NCBI RefSeq assembly: GCF_006345805.1
Contig: NC_043004.1
Coordinates: 34,038,001-34,102,000 of the forward strand
Reading direction: 5' to 3'
Length of the DNA stretch: 64,000 bases
Source: Octopus sinensis
Taxonomy: Eukaryota
Position 1 is the stretch's first letter, and every line of letters starts with the position of its first letter. The notes below the pieces were generated by a model, which worked only from the letters and a program-made list of their open reading frames with translations, did no database searches and was not told the DNA's origin. Made by a program: the position numbers and the translations under genes. This document shows positions 1 through 12,050 of this stretch, piece by piece.

Positions 1-83
1 ATGATGATGATGATGACAGTAATGACGATGACAACAAGAATGGCAATGATGATGATGATACTGTGTGGTTGTATTAGTATCTT

Positions 84-250
84 ATTTACTAAATTTACAC
101 TGGACAGATATCTCATCTTCTTTGTTGTCACCACAACGTTTAAGCTGATTTACTCTCCAGCCTCCACTGTTCCGGTAGAATTTTGAACCCAACTCTGGAT
201 TCTCATTCCTAAGGTATTTTTTGTTGATGTTATTATTATTATTATTATTA

Positions 251-293
<43 letters not shown>

Positions 294-381
294 TATTCAA
301 TGCACTGCTTGGAATTGAACTTGGAATCTTGGGGTTGGTAGCCTGCACTCTTAACCATTATGCTATATACTTGTGGGCATA
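84..381 (-). mobile_element. Family H SINE monomer (tRNA-like head + (AAT)n + degenerate hammerhead + tail)
   Basis: Minus strand reads A-box TAATGGTTAAG, B-box AAGTTCAATTCC, (AAT)n, then GGCTG..CAGCT TAAACGTTGTGG; homologous to 59193-59467; 12-bp direct repeat TATTAGTATCTT at 72-83 and 382-393. Confidence 0.8.
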
Positions 382-678
382 TATTAGTATCTTGTTAAAA
401 ACTGTGAAGTTGACACCAATTTACAAAATAAAATACACTCGCATGCACTAAGAGGCCTTTTTCCTCATGGCTAAGAGCACTTGATCGTGATTTCAGAGTT
501 CTATGAACTCTCATGCAAGCCACGGAAAGTACAAAACTGCAGCTTATTAGTTGCACCATGCTGCTTAGAACCTGATGCACAGATCTCACACACTTCCTTC
601 AGCAAAACTGCAAGACTATATTTGGTGTCGAAATACTAAAATGCTTTACTGTACCAAACTTACATACAAGGCAGGAAC

Positions 679-1235
679 AGAAACACACATGCATGCACAC
701 ACACATACACACACAAATACACACACATACACACAGACACAAACACACACACATACACACACAAACAAAAATACGCACACATAGACACAGACACAAGCAC
801 ACACACATACACACAATGACGCACACATAGACACAGACACAAACACACACACATACTCATTCACACAAACATACACACATGCAACACACATACACAAACA
901 CACACACACACAAGCTTATACTCATACACACAAACATGCACACATACAATACACAGACACACAAATGCCCATACAAACATACACACATACAAATATACAC
1001 ACATACAACACACACTTACATAGACATGCACACAAACATACGCACATACAATACACACAGACACACACACAAATATACACACATACAACACACACTTACA
1101 TAGACATGCACACAAACATATGCACATACAATACACACAGACACTCACACATGCCCATACTCACACACACAAACATACACACATACAACACACACTTACA
1201 TAGACATGTACACACACACATACACACACGCACAC
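679..1235. repeat. CA-rich minisatellite with ~80-100 bp higher-order unit
   Basis: Unit ATACACACATACAACACACACTTACATAGACATG recurs at ~994, ~1074 and ~1174. Confidence 0.85.
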
Positions 1236-1972
1236 GCATTATCTCCTTAAACATGGTTTGAACTTTTACAATAATTCTACGGAATTCTTTTTTAGCAAAA
1301 TAATTTGAGAATGTTGAAGTGAAAATTCTATTTAGCGCCAATGATTTTTGCCTTTCAAAAATATATTTAATCAACATTATGGAAAATATAAGCAATATTT
1401 TCTTTTATTTTATATTAGTTAAATTAATTCAAGATCTTCAGAGTCTTGAAGTGGGTGCAATCAAATTAAAGATTAGAACAAGAAGATTATAATATGATAA
1501 TCCAACTTAATGACTCATTAACTATTACTTCAGTAAATATGGTGATTAAAATATTACTAATTGACTTGATGTCTTCTCGTTTCTAATTAAATTTTTGATT
1601 TTCTGTATTGAATAAATATTCCTCCTTACTTAACTGTCACTTTTCAATGCAGATGGAAGCTCTGAGTAAATAACGTCAGTGATTTGTTTTTCCAAATACA
1701 CTAACTGTCCAAGACTACTTAGATTATGATTATTATCATCCAGCTTTGTGACACCCAATCAATAATTAATAATGGCAAAATCTATGATTTGCTGAGGAGG
1801 TTTAATAACATGCAAATATGTACAGAATTGACTCCCATACTTTTTGAATGGATTAGATTAATATTAATCATTCAGATAATGATGTGCTTCACTATTATAT
1901 TAATATTATTAATTAGATTCAATTGCTGATGTTCTCAGTTAGAAATGTCTGTGTTTAATAGCAAACTGTACT

Positions 1973-1986
1973 AGCAGCAGCAGCAC

Positions 1987-2018
<32 letters not shown>

Positions 2019-2067
2019 GCACCAGCAGCACCAGCAGCACCAGCACCAGCAGCAGCATCAGCAGCAG
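1973..2067. repeat. (CAG/CAC)n microsatellite
   Basis: Direct inspection. Confidence 0.9.
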
Positions 2068-2155
2068 TCAGAATGGATTCTGATTGGTTTGGAAATCACA
2101 TCCTGTTTCAAAAATAAGAAGTAGGCATATGACAGAAGAAATAATAATAATAATA

Positions 2156-2205
<50 letters not shown>

Positions 2206-3843
2206 GGCTACCTTTATCAAAGGAAAAATGACAGAAACATCTAACGTTAACCTTGACCAACAGAATGTCATAAAAGAACTAGACCCAGCGGAGAGCTACA
2301 AGTACCTAGGGGTAATTGAAGGGAACGGAATAAGGCATTCAGAGATGAAGGAAAGGATCAGGAGAGAATGCTATCGAAGAGTGAGAGCAATACTCAAGAC
2401 AGAGCTGAATGCAAGAAACAGGATCGAAGCGATCAATGCATTAGCCATACCAGTCGTGACTTACAGTTTCAATATTGTTAACTGGTCAATTACTGAAATA
2501 TGTCAGCTCGACAGAAAAATAAGGAAACTGTTGACAATGCATAGAATGCACCACCCTAAGGCAGATACAGAACGACTCTATCTGCCAAGAAAAGAGGGAG
2601 GCCGTGGTCTTTTGCAACTGGCAATAACAATGAAGATTGCTACAATTGGCCTAGACACCTACCTGAAAAACTCTGAGGACTGGATGTTAAAACTTGTCTC
2701 AAAACATGAAAACAAGAAAGCATCATACTCAGTCACAAAACAGGCAAAGGAATATCTAAGTGAATTCCGAATACAACCAATTTCGGAATTAGAGATAGAT
2801 ATACAAGAAACAAGCACAGAAAAAGCTAGGCGCATGAAAACCTGTGCCAAAACTGCGGCCTTAGATATTCTGAATAATAAATGGCAAGAAAAACCTCTCT
2901 ATGGCAAATACCCAAAGAGAGCGAATAATGCAGATATCGACAAAGCCCTGACCCATCAATGGCTAATGGCCTCTGGCTTAAAATCTGAAACAGAGGGGTT
3001 TATCATAGCAGCTCAAGATCAATGCCTACCAACAAGAAACTACCAGGCCAACATATTAAAGAACGGCAGTAGCCCAACATGTCGTGTATGCCGACAACAA
3101 AATGAAACCATTGACCATGTTGTCTCCAAATGCAGTCTTCTAGCGCCTACAGAGTACCTCAGTGGGCATGATAGAGCTGCACAATATATTCACTGGGTAA
3201 TTTGCAAAAACCTGGATTTGCCCCACGAAAAAAACTGGTGGGAACACAATCCACCTCCTGTGCTTGAAAATGACCACATCTCACTCCTCTGGAACTTCAC
3301 CATTCAAACTGACAGGAAGATAGATGCAAATAGACCAGACATTATATTGAAAGACTTCAGACAAAGAACATGCCTCCTCATTGATATGACTGTCCCAATC
3401 GATATAAACGTATCTGTCAAGACCTACCAAAAACTGAGCAAATATAAAGATCTTGAAATAGAAATCAGCAAAATGTGGAAGCTGAAGACTAAAATAATAC
3501 CTGTTGTCATAGGTGCTCTGGGAATGATAGCAAAAGGGACTGATTGCTACCTAACTCAGATACCAGGAAACCCCAAAATGGCAGAAATTCAAAAGATAGT
3601 GCTCATGGGAACTGCTCATATCCTACGCAAAATACTCTCTATGTAATCCCAAGGTTTAAAACAAAATTTTTCTTTTTATTTTTTACTTTTTTTTTATGTA
3701 TTAGACATTCACTAGTACAACACCAAAAAAAAAAAAAAAAAAACCCAAATATATGGCACAGAACTTCCAACCTGTTGTCTCTTGAGGTCTCTGGGTGAGA
3801 CTTGGAGCCAACTTGTACAGACATAAAGCAAAAGTCAAACATA

Positions 3844-3844
<1 letters not shown>
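2206..3844 (+). mobile_element. 5'-truncated R4/Dong-clade non-LTR retrotransposon inserted in (TAA)n
   Basis: Flanked by (TAA)n at ~2140-2205 and 3845-3904; encodes RT C-terminus, CCHC knuckle and REL endonuclease, followed by ~200 bp 3' UTR. Confidence 0.9.
2228..3646 (+). CDS. Partial ORF of R4/Dong LINE (RT thumb, CCHC zinc knuckle, PD-(D/E)xK restriction-like endonuclease)
   Basis: 472 aa without stops; YKYLG, RLYLPRKEGGRGL, CRVCRQQNETIDHVVSKC, RPDIILKD..LIDMTVP..KYKDL; the YADD catalytic motif lies in the truncated part. Confidence 0.85.
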   Translation: MTETSNVNLDQQNVIKELDPAESYKYLGVIEGNGIRHSEMKERIRRECYRRVRAILKTELNARNRIEAINALAIPVVTYSFNIVNWSITEICQLDRKIRKLLTMHRMHHPKADTERLYLPRKEGGRGLLQLAITMKIATIGLDTYLKNSEDWMLKLVSKHENKKASYSVTKQAKEYLSEFRIQPISELEIDIQETSTEKARRMKTCAKTAALDILNNKWQEKPLYGKYPKRANNADIDKALTHQWLMASGLKSETEGFIIAAQDQCLPTRNYQANILKNGSSPTCRVCRQQNETIDHVVSKCSLLAPTEYLSGHDRAAQYIHWVICKNLDLPHEKNWWEHNPPPVLENDHISLLWNFTIQTDRKIDANRPDIILKDFRQRTCLLIDMTVPIDINVSVKTYQKLSKYKDLEIEISKMWKLKTKIIPVVIGALGMIAKGTDCYLTQIPGNPKMAEIQKIVLMGTAHILRKILSM

Positions 3845-3897
<53 letters not shown>

Positions 3898-3904
3898 TAA
3901 TAAT

Positions 3905-4362
3905 GGGCTACAGTAAATATTCTGCTCAATACCACAGATTTGCATGTCAGTTGTTTGACCTTAACCAGTTGACCATGTCCCTTAGTGACTGACAATATGT
4001 GCATCTCTAATCATGAGCAGAAGTAGTGGGAAAGCATCATAGCCGTGTGTTGAAAGGAATTCATAGAGGTTTGGATAAAACACCTTTGGAAACATGGGTG
4101 TTTCATTCAACATCCATAAAAAATCCTTATTCAGGGACTTTTTGAGTGGGATGGGTTACTCGACCAGAAGAAAATACTATTTGGGCCCCACCTGTAAGGT
4201 CATGCGCTGTTTATCTTGATATGAGATCACCATGTAGCACACATATGATTGTGATGCATGTGCCTGGTGTATCCTTATCAGATGGTTAGTCATGATGGGT
4301 ATACTGGGCTTCGTATATTTTACCCCAGTGTCACTTTGATGGTATGCACTGCTCTCTCACTC
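3905..4362 (+). mobile_element. Family B non-coding (TAA)n-associated element, 5'-truncated
   Basis: Reverse complement of most of 17015-17577; (AAT)n on both sides; ends CTCTCTCACTC(AAT)n. Confidence 0.8.
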
Positions 4363-4394
<32 letters not shown>

Positions 4395-4665
4395 GTTGGT
4401 GGAAAATATAGGTGGGACTGGCTGATGAAAGGAACACTAAAAAAAGAAACTGAGAGCCCCATACTGGTAGTGCAAGACAAAGCTTTGGCCATGACTTGGA
4501 CGGTCAGCCTTAGGAATGAGTAAGTGTCTCCACTGTGCCATATCTGAAATAGTTTGAATGAAACAAGTGCCCATATCATGAATGTAGGCATGTCCAAATC
4601 CACTAAAAGATGTGGTGACATGATAAGATAGCAAAAGGGCTACGTTGGAAACTGTGCGGCCAGAC
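4395..4665 (+). mobile_element. Degenerate R4/Dong fragment (pre-knuckle and knuckle region)
   Basis: Translates WDWLMKGTLKKETESPILVVQDKALA, PLCHI..NETSAHI and WKLC, matching the equivalent part of the 2228-3646 ORF; starts right after (AAT)n. Confidence 0.65.
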
Positions 4666-4686
4666 TAATCAGGAAAGTATTAAATA

Positions 4687-4852
4687 CAGTTCTATATTTA
4701 AGAGATGAGGAATTATGGACATTACTTACATTATTTACATTTGACGGATATTTGTCCTCATCTTGTTTGTTGTTAACACAATGTTTCGGCTGATATACCC
4801 TCCAGCCTCTTTCGATCCTGGGTTCTCATTCCTAAGGTATTTTTCGATGTTG

Positions 4853-4915
<63 letters not shown>

Positions 4916-4988
4916 TCACTGCCTAGAATTGAACTTGGAATCTTGGGGTTAATAGCCCCAAGATTCCGAATTTGATTTCAGGTAGTGA

Positions 4989-5044
<56 letters not shown>

Positions 5045-5197
5045 TCGAAAAATACCTTAGGAACCGGGTTCGAAATTTCCCAAGACACCTGATGAAGACT
5101 GGAATGTATATCAGCCGAAATGTTGTGTTAACAACAAACAAGAATAGGACAAATATCAGTCAAATGTAAATAATGTAAATAATGAAAATAATGTAAA
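4687..5197. mobile_element. Family H inverted (head-to-head) dimer
   Basis: Minus copy 4687-~4957 and plus copy 4956-5197; central perfect stem GGAATCTTGGGG/CCCCAAGATTCC; 9-bp direct repeat TATTAAATA at 4678-4686 and 5198-5206. Confidence 0.85.
5084..5129 (+). ncRNA. Minimal type I hammerhead ribozyme motif (slightly decayed)
   Basis: GACAC-CTGATGA-A-GACTG(loop)CAGCC-GAAA-TGTT-GTGTT; one mismatch in stem II. Confidence 0.7.
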
Positions 5198-5384
5198 TAT
5201 TAAATAGTTGAAAAGCACAAATAGCATGGTATCATAGGCTGCAGGTAGCAAGCCCACTACATATGCAAAACTCCATGAGTTCCAACAAAACCTGTGATAA
5301 AAAGAAAGAATAATAATAACCATAAGAGCAACGTCTTCCTTCCCCTGTTCCTCACTCCCACCACCAGTGCTGGTGCTATGTAAA

Positions 5385-5571
5385 AGCACCCAAGGCAGTG
5401 CCATATAGAAGTGCCCAGTACAGGTCTGTGATTGGTGTTAGGAAGGACATCCAGCCATAGAAACCATACTACAACAGACAAATAGGACCCAGACAGCTCT
5501 CCAGCTGGCCAGCTCCTATCAAACTGTCCAACCCATGCTAACATGGAAAACAGATGCTAAATGATGATGAT
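5385..5571 (+). mobile_element. Family C SINE-like element with RTE-type (GAT)n tail
   Basis: GTTAGGAAGGACATCCAGC...CCAACCCATGCTAACATGGAAA...(GAT)n, shared with about 10 other copies in the window. Confidence 0.75.
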
Positions 5572-5802
5572 GGGTGAGCTTGGCTGAAACGTTAGCACGC
5601 CGGCCGAAATGCTTAGCAGTATTTCGTCTGTCTTTACGTTTTGAGTTCAAATTCCGCCGAGGTCGACTTTGCCTTTCATCCTTTCGGGGTCGATTAAATA
5701 GGTACCAGTTATGCACTGGGGTCAGTATAATCGACTTAATCCGTTTGTCTGTCCTTGCTTGTCCCCTCTGTGTGTAGCCCCTTGTGGGTAGTAAAGAAAT
5801 AG
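5572..5802 (+). mobile_element. Family A tRNA-derived SINE
   Basis: GGTGAGCTTGGC..GAGTTCAAATTCC..GCCCCTTGTGGGTAGTAAAGAAATA; at least 8 near-full copies in the window. Confidence 0.9.
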
Positions 5803-6689
5803 ATATTTAGCAGGAGACATCTGTGTGGTTCCTATCTGCCAAATATCAAATGTTATTCACAAGATATTGGATAACTCTTTGCTACAGTAAAAGACACTTG
5901 CTGAAGATGCTGAAGATGTCAAAGATGAAAAAAATATGTAAAAGACAAAAGAATGGAATTATTTTCCAAATATTTTGACATACCAAGCATCGTTGTAGAA
6001 TTTGTTTAGGGGAGCTTTATGGGATTAATGTATTAAACTGTTTTTGGGTGGAAATAATTAATATGAGCCCTTTATACTTTGTATTGGATTTCCTGATTTA
6101 TCTTGTAAAAATTTCCCCTAATCCTCCAGATTACATGGAACCAATTATTACCATTTTATCTCAAGAATGCCAGACAAAGGTAAACAGAAAATTAATAACT
6201 TTGGTGAGGAACAGAGACTTTAGTTTAGATTTTAGCTCCATGAGAGTGTGTGTATGTGTGGGTTGGTGTGTGTGTGTGTGTGTGTGTGTAAGAGAAAAAT
6301 AGACAGAGAGAAGAGGGATAAAGGGCTGAAGAGGTAAAGAGATGAAGAAAGGGAGAGAGAGAGAGAGAGAGAAAGGGGGAGAGAATATGTGTGTGTTTGG
6401 TTTGTTTTTTATAGATATTTGTTGTTTTTCTTGTAATTTAATTTTTATAATTTGTTGTCTTTTCACACAAATATTAATTACTTCATCTGTAACAAACGAC
6501 GAAAGAGTGATCAGCGCTCATTTGTGTAGTTTTGGTTTTAATGCAAAAACATTGTAACAAGATAGCTTTCGTCAAGGAATCCTTTCAAGAAGAACTAATG
6601 AAAACATCAAATGATATCAATTGCATAATTACTCAAAGGTGGCAGCACACTGATGCCGGAGACGATATTGCTTCAAGGGTTACCGTTAC

Positions 6690-7005
6690 CATCATCAGCA
6701 TCAGCAGCATCATTGATCATCATCATCAGCAGCAGCAGCCTCTTCATCATCATAATCATTATCATCATCATAATCATTATCATCATCATAATCATCATCA
6801 TCAACATCGTCGTTGTTTTCATCATTGCCATGTCATTCTCATCATCAACTTTGTATTCATTGACATCACCTTAGTCGTCATCCTCCTCATCATTATTATC
6901 CTCATCATCCTCATCATCCTCATCATCATTGTTGTCGTCATCATCATCATCATCACCATTATCATCATCATCATCATCATCACCATCATCACTACTACTA
7001 CTACT

Positions 7006-7037
<32 letters not shown>

Positions 7038-7092
7038 TATCGTCATCATCACTATTACCACCATCATCGTCATCATCATCGTCGTCATATAA
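6690..7092. repeat. Compound (CAT)n/(CGT)/(TAC) microsatellite
   Basis: Direct inspection; source of spurious poly-H/I/S ORFs. Confidence 0.9.
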
Positions 7093-7974
7093 TAATGATT
7101 ACCTTTACCAACATCAACAATGTCAGCATTGCTAGCCATCTCTTCAGAATCGAGAAACTCTAAAATAATTTTGTGAGTGTATGATCAAATGTGTGTATAT
7201 GTATAAGTGTGTGTAGGTGTGTGTGCATGTGTTTCTCTGTGTGTCTGTGTGTGGGTATATCTCTGCGTGTATGTGTGTGCATGTGTATGTCTGTGTGTAT
7301 GTCTCTGTGTGTATGTGTGCGTGTATGTATGCATGTGTATGTCTCTGTGTGTATGTGGATGTGTGTGTGTGTATGTGTGTGTGCTTATGTTACCATAGCT
7401 TGGGTAAAGTTGGTAATTCCAGTATAATATTTCAGCTCTTTCCTAATTGTCCATTCTTCCTCACACCAAAACATCTCAACTAGAATGACATGTATGCAAA
7501 TGAATACAAGAGATTTTATAGAACATGAGATATACAGCACCACCGCCACCACAACCACCACCACCACCACTGCAAGAACCATCTCTACCACCATGACCAC
7601 CACTGCTACTACTGCTGCTTCCACCACCACTGCCACCACTGTATGTATGTATGTATGCATGTGTGTATGTGTGTATAATTACAGTTTGCTCTGAAATGTG
7701 TCTAAATTTCCCCTAAGGATCACCTAATCTCCTTTAAAACAAAGTCCACATATTTGAAGCCCTAAAATCTTCAGGAAGCACCATGCCCATAATTCCAGCA
7801 GAATACATTTAAAAACCTCATTTAAATCCATTTTTTAATCTGCTGTTTGTCCGAATGTACAAATAATAGCAACTTAGCTATCACTAGAAATTGTGAAGGG
7901 TTTCATAACGTATGATCCTTTTGCAAAACTTTTCAGGTTTTTTGTTGTGAAAAAGTGGCACTTCATTGCTTACG

Positions 7975-8255
7975 ACATCTGATCAATGAAACAGCCTGCT
8001 CATGAAATTAACATACAAGTGGTTGGGTACTCCACAAACATATGTAACCTTAAAATAGTTCTCAAAGAGACTCTGCATATCAGAGAATATGACAAGGCTG
8101 TCCCTTTGAATTGCAGGTACAGCTCACTTTTGCCAGCTGGAGCAACATGAAATAAAGTGTCTTGCTCAAAGAGACCACACACAGCCAGGAATTGAACTCA
8201 TGACGTTCCAATTGTGAGTGGAATACTTGAAACATTAAGCCATGAACCTTCCTTA
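7975..8255 (-). mobile_element. Family E tRNA-derived SINE
   Basis: Homologous to 21633-21925 and 56931-57252. Confidence 0.75.
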
Positions 8256-8728
8256 AGATTTTGATGTAGCTGCATGCAGATGCATACTCCCTTCGTCCTC
8301 CTCCAATTGACTCCATGAAACACCCAAGATGTGACTGGTACAGGGAGAGAAACATGCACAAGAAATTCACTGGTGGTCATTATGAGATGAGTAGACTGAG
8401 GTAGCATAATATAAAGGGTCTTGGGCAAAAAGAGACACTATGCCACCAAGCCCGGAAATTGAACCTGTATCTTTCTGATCATGAACTATTAATTACCACT
8501 GAAATCAACAGTAACACCAGCGAAAATGCCAATATGATTTGAACTCATGGTGCAAGAATTTGATGCTTCATCGATTCAGCTACTTTAAACCAAACATTTC
8601 TAAAAACAGATTGTAAGAAATCTTGTGGAAGTAATCTTGTCAACTGCTCATTAAAGGAATACATGACAAGTGAGAATAGCTTTGCTATGAGTAGGCCTCT
8701 GTGGAGAGATGATGTAACCGCATTAATG

Positions 8729-8766
<38 letters not shown>

Positions 8767-9554
8767 ATACACTCTCAACATGTGTGTGTGTGTGTGTGTG
8801 AGTATGAAAATGCCAAAAAGAAATCAACTAAATATGTGCAACTTGAAATCATTTTATAATGTCTTTGATAATGGAAACCAGAAGAGGTAAACTTAATTTA
8901 TGGATGAAATTGTTGTTGGAATAGAAAATGTCAGAAATCTGTCTTCAGCAAATCCCATAAGACTTTGGACAAATTATGAAGAAATCACAACAGAATAACA
9001 TTTCTCCATAAACATACATTTTAATAATTTGTCTTCATCTTGCTAAAGTTACTAACCATTTTCAAATAATTCCTCTGAATTTATATGAAGAAAGAAAAGA
9101 TCAGGCAACATAAAAGCAGAGATTGGAGATATGTGTGCTGTGAGCTGGTTCTACATCCATTTGAAGAACCTGCAGCAGAGAAGTGTCATTCAAAACTTGG
9201 ACATACTCACTAACAGCAACTTATGTCAAAAAAGTGTGATTGGTCACCTCACAAGAATTGATCATTTCAGAAATCTTTATCTAAGTTTTGGTTATTCTAG
9301 TGTCACAAATTTAAAAATCCATTCTGTTAAGATCATTTTATAGAAGTGTATTTATATAATGAAGTTATATACATACACATAATCTATATTCATATATTCT
9401 AGAAGGCAGGAATTTTGTAAATAATCCTGCATTTTGGCAGTCCTGGTATTGGCAGTGGATTTGAACTCAGGATGTTAAGACATTTAAAGAAATATTGAAT
9501 CATTTTCATTTTAGTGCTCCACTATTTGAAGTATGTCATAGTTTTAATAATCCT

Positions 9555-10235
9555 TTCTACTCTAGGCACAATGCCTGAAATTTTGTGGGAAGGTGGTTAA
9601 GTCCATTACATCAACTCCAGTATTTCACTGGTACTTAATTTATCAACCCCAAATGGATGAAAGGCAAAGTCGATCTCAGCAGATTTCGAACTCAGAACAC
9701 AGTGACGGATGAACTATCGCTAACCATTTTTCCCACCAGGCTAACGATTCTGCCCGCTCACTGCCTTTCACTGCTTTGTTAATAATTCCTTCTAATTTTG
9801 GCACAAGATCAACAGTTTTGCTGAAGGGGTATAAGTCAATAGCATCAGCCACAGTTCATGACTGGTACTTTATTTTATTCAACTCAAAAAGGATGAAAGA
9901 CAAAGTTGACCTCAACAGGATTTGAATGTAAAAAGCTACAAAAAAACATTGTTAACATTTATTCCAATGTTTTAATGATTCCGCCAGCTGACCAAATTTA
10001 TTATCAATAATGATAAAGAGAGTGAGCTGGCAGAGATTTTATCATGGTGGGGAAAATGCTCATCAGTATTTTGTCTGTCTTTGCGTTCTGAGTTCATATT
10101 CTGCTGTCGTTGACTTAGCCTTGCATCCTTTCAGAGTCGATAAAATAGTACCAGTTCAACACTGGGGTCAATAAAATCGACTTATCCCTCTCCCCTCAAA
10201 ATCGTTGGCCTTGTGCCTGCCAGGATTTGAAACCA
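9555..10235. mobile_element. Three family-A-related SINEs (two minus, one plus; last two head-to-head)
   Basis: Shared core GGATGAAAGGCAAAGTCGAC/GAACTCAGAA; plus copy starts GTGAGCTGGCAGA at ~10022. Confidence 0.7.
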
Positions 10236-11016
10236 ATAATAATAATGACAGTAGTTACTTACATTGGCACATCACAAATTATAGAGGAGAGAACAGTTAA
10301 GTAAATCAATGCGGTTATTGACTGATCCTCTCTTTCAAAAGTTTCAGTTGTATTGAAGGGATGTAGTTGTGTTGTGATTGATATGTTGAGTAATCAATAA
10401 TAATGAGTTGAGAACAAAGAATTATTGTCAAAAATGTTTATTACTAATACTAAACCTCTGAAGACACACAATGTACCTTTTGTTGTATTTTCCCTATGTT
10501 ATGTTTTTGAATTAAGAAATAATAAAATTGACAAACAATGGTAGTTCAAAGAGTTCTTATTAACACAGGAATAACTTTCAACCAGAACAAAAACAATTTC
10601 AGTGGAGAACTGATCTCTGGGGTTTTTATAAGCTTGCTAAAATGTTCCAGAAAATTCCATAAGACTATCAGATACAAAAATTAAACTTTTCATTACATCA
10701 GTGAACGCCTACCAAAAACTCATATCAAAGATGATGAGTTGGGGAAACATATCAGTAAATGTAATAATCGAGTCGAGGATATAGCCACAATATACTCTGG
10801 TTAGCATCGTCAAGTTGGATAATATCATTTGCCAGTGGTTTTGCATCTGAAGTTGAAACATGTCAGGTTAAGCCTTCCATAACAAGTCTGTTGATATCAG
10901 CAATGAAGAGGAATTGTTCAGGGAGTGAAATTTTGAGCGAAAAAATGGGAAATATGGACAAATATGAACAAGGAAGGGAAAATGGAAAATGGAAAATATG
11001 GACAAGGAATCTTTAA

Positions 11017-11428
11017 ATTAGAAAATTATCATTTTTAAATCTCACAACAAGAGATATTCAGCAACAGTACTTTGGAGTAAAGATTGTTTGCCAACATAAC
11101 ATGGCAGTCCTGGTTTAGGACATATGTTGCTGTAATTTAACCCCAGGAAACATCATCTCCAGCTGGCTGTACAACACGATCTGCGTCCTTATATTTTCGC
11201 ACAAGTGAATCTAGCACCCCTACTTAGCTCAAAATAATATCTGTGTATCATGATTTCCGGGTTATTTTGAGTTGAGTCATGGTGCTAGATTCCCTTGTTT
11301 GAAAATATAAGGATACAGATCGTTTCGTATAGCCAGCTAGAGATTGATGTCTCCTGGGGCTAGATTACAGCAACATTCATCCTAAACCAGGACTGTCATG
11401 TTATGTTGGCAGACAATCTTTACTCCAA
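11017..11428. mobile_element. Asymmetric fold-back insertion (~180 bp arms) with 13-bp TSD
   Basis: Arms ~11071-11237 and ~11262-11428 are reverse complements; centre TCATGA at 11248-11253; AAGGAATCTTTAA at 11004-11016 and 11429-11441. Confidence 0.8.
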
Positions 11429-11477
11429 AAGGAATCTTTAATCCTGCCTTCTAATTTTATCATAACTGGCATGATGA

Positions 11478-11782
11478 GCATTCCAGTTGATCCAATCAAT
11501 GTAGCAACCTGCTCATGAAATTAACATGCAAGTGATCGAATTCTCCACAAACACATGTAACTTAAACACATGTAGCCTAGTTCTCAGAGAGATTTAGCAT
11601 GACAAAGAATATGACAATACAGGCTCTTTGAATAACTGTTACAACACTTTTTTGCTAGCTGAATAGACAAAAGAATGTGAAATAAAGTATTTGGCTCAAG
11701 AACATAGCACACTACCAGGTTTTTAACTCACGACTTTAAGATTGTGTGCCCAATGTCCTAACCATGTAGCCATATGCCTTCA
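11478..11782 (-). mobile_element. Family E SINE
   Basis: Homology to other family E copies. Confidence 0.75.
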
Positions 11783-11825
11783 ATAATTTTATTGTAACTT
11801 TGAAACCACAATTCATAACATACCT

Positions 11826-12050
11826 ATTTCTTTACTACCCACAAGGGGCTAAACACAGAGGGGACAAACAGGGACAGACAAACGGATTAAGTCGATTACA
11901 TCGACCCCAGTACATAACTGGTACTTAATTTATCGACCCTGAAAGGATGAAAGGCAAAGTCGACCTCGGCAGAATTTGAACTCAGAACATAACAGCAGAT
12001 GAACTACTACTAAGCATTTCGTCTGGCGTGCTAACATTTCTGCCAGCTTG
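11826..12050 (-). mobile_element. Family A SINE with ~19-bp TSD
   Basis: TSD 11807-11825 / 12051-12069 (2 mismatches). Confidence 0.9.

Noticed and set aside
4412-4460. CTGATGA...GAAAC resembling a hammerhead
   Set aside because: No stem II or stem I; it is the coding sequence WLMKG..KKET of the Dong fragment
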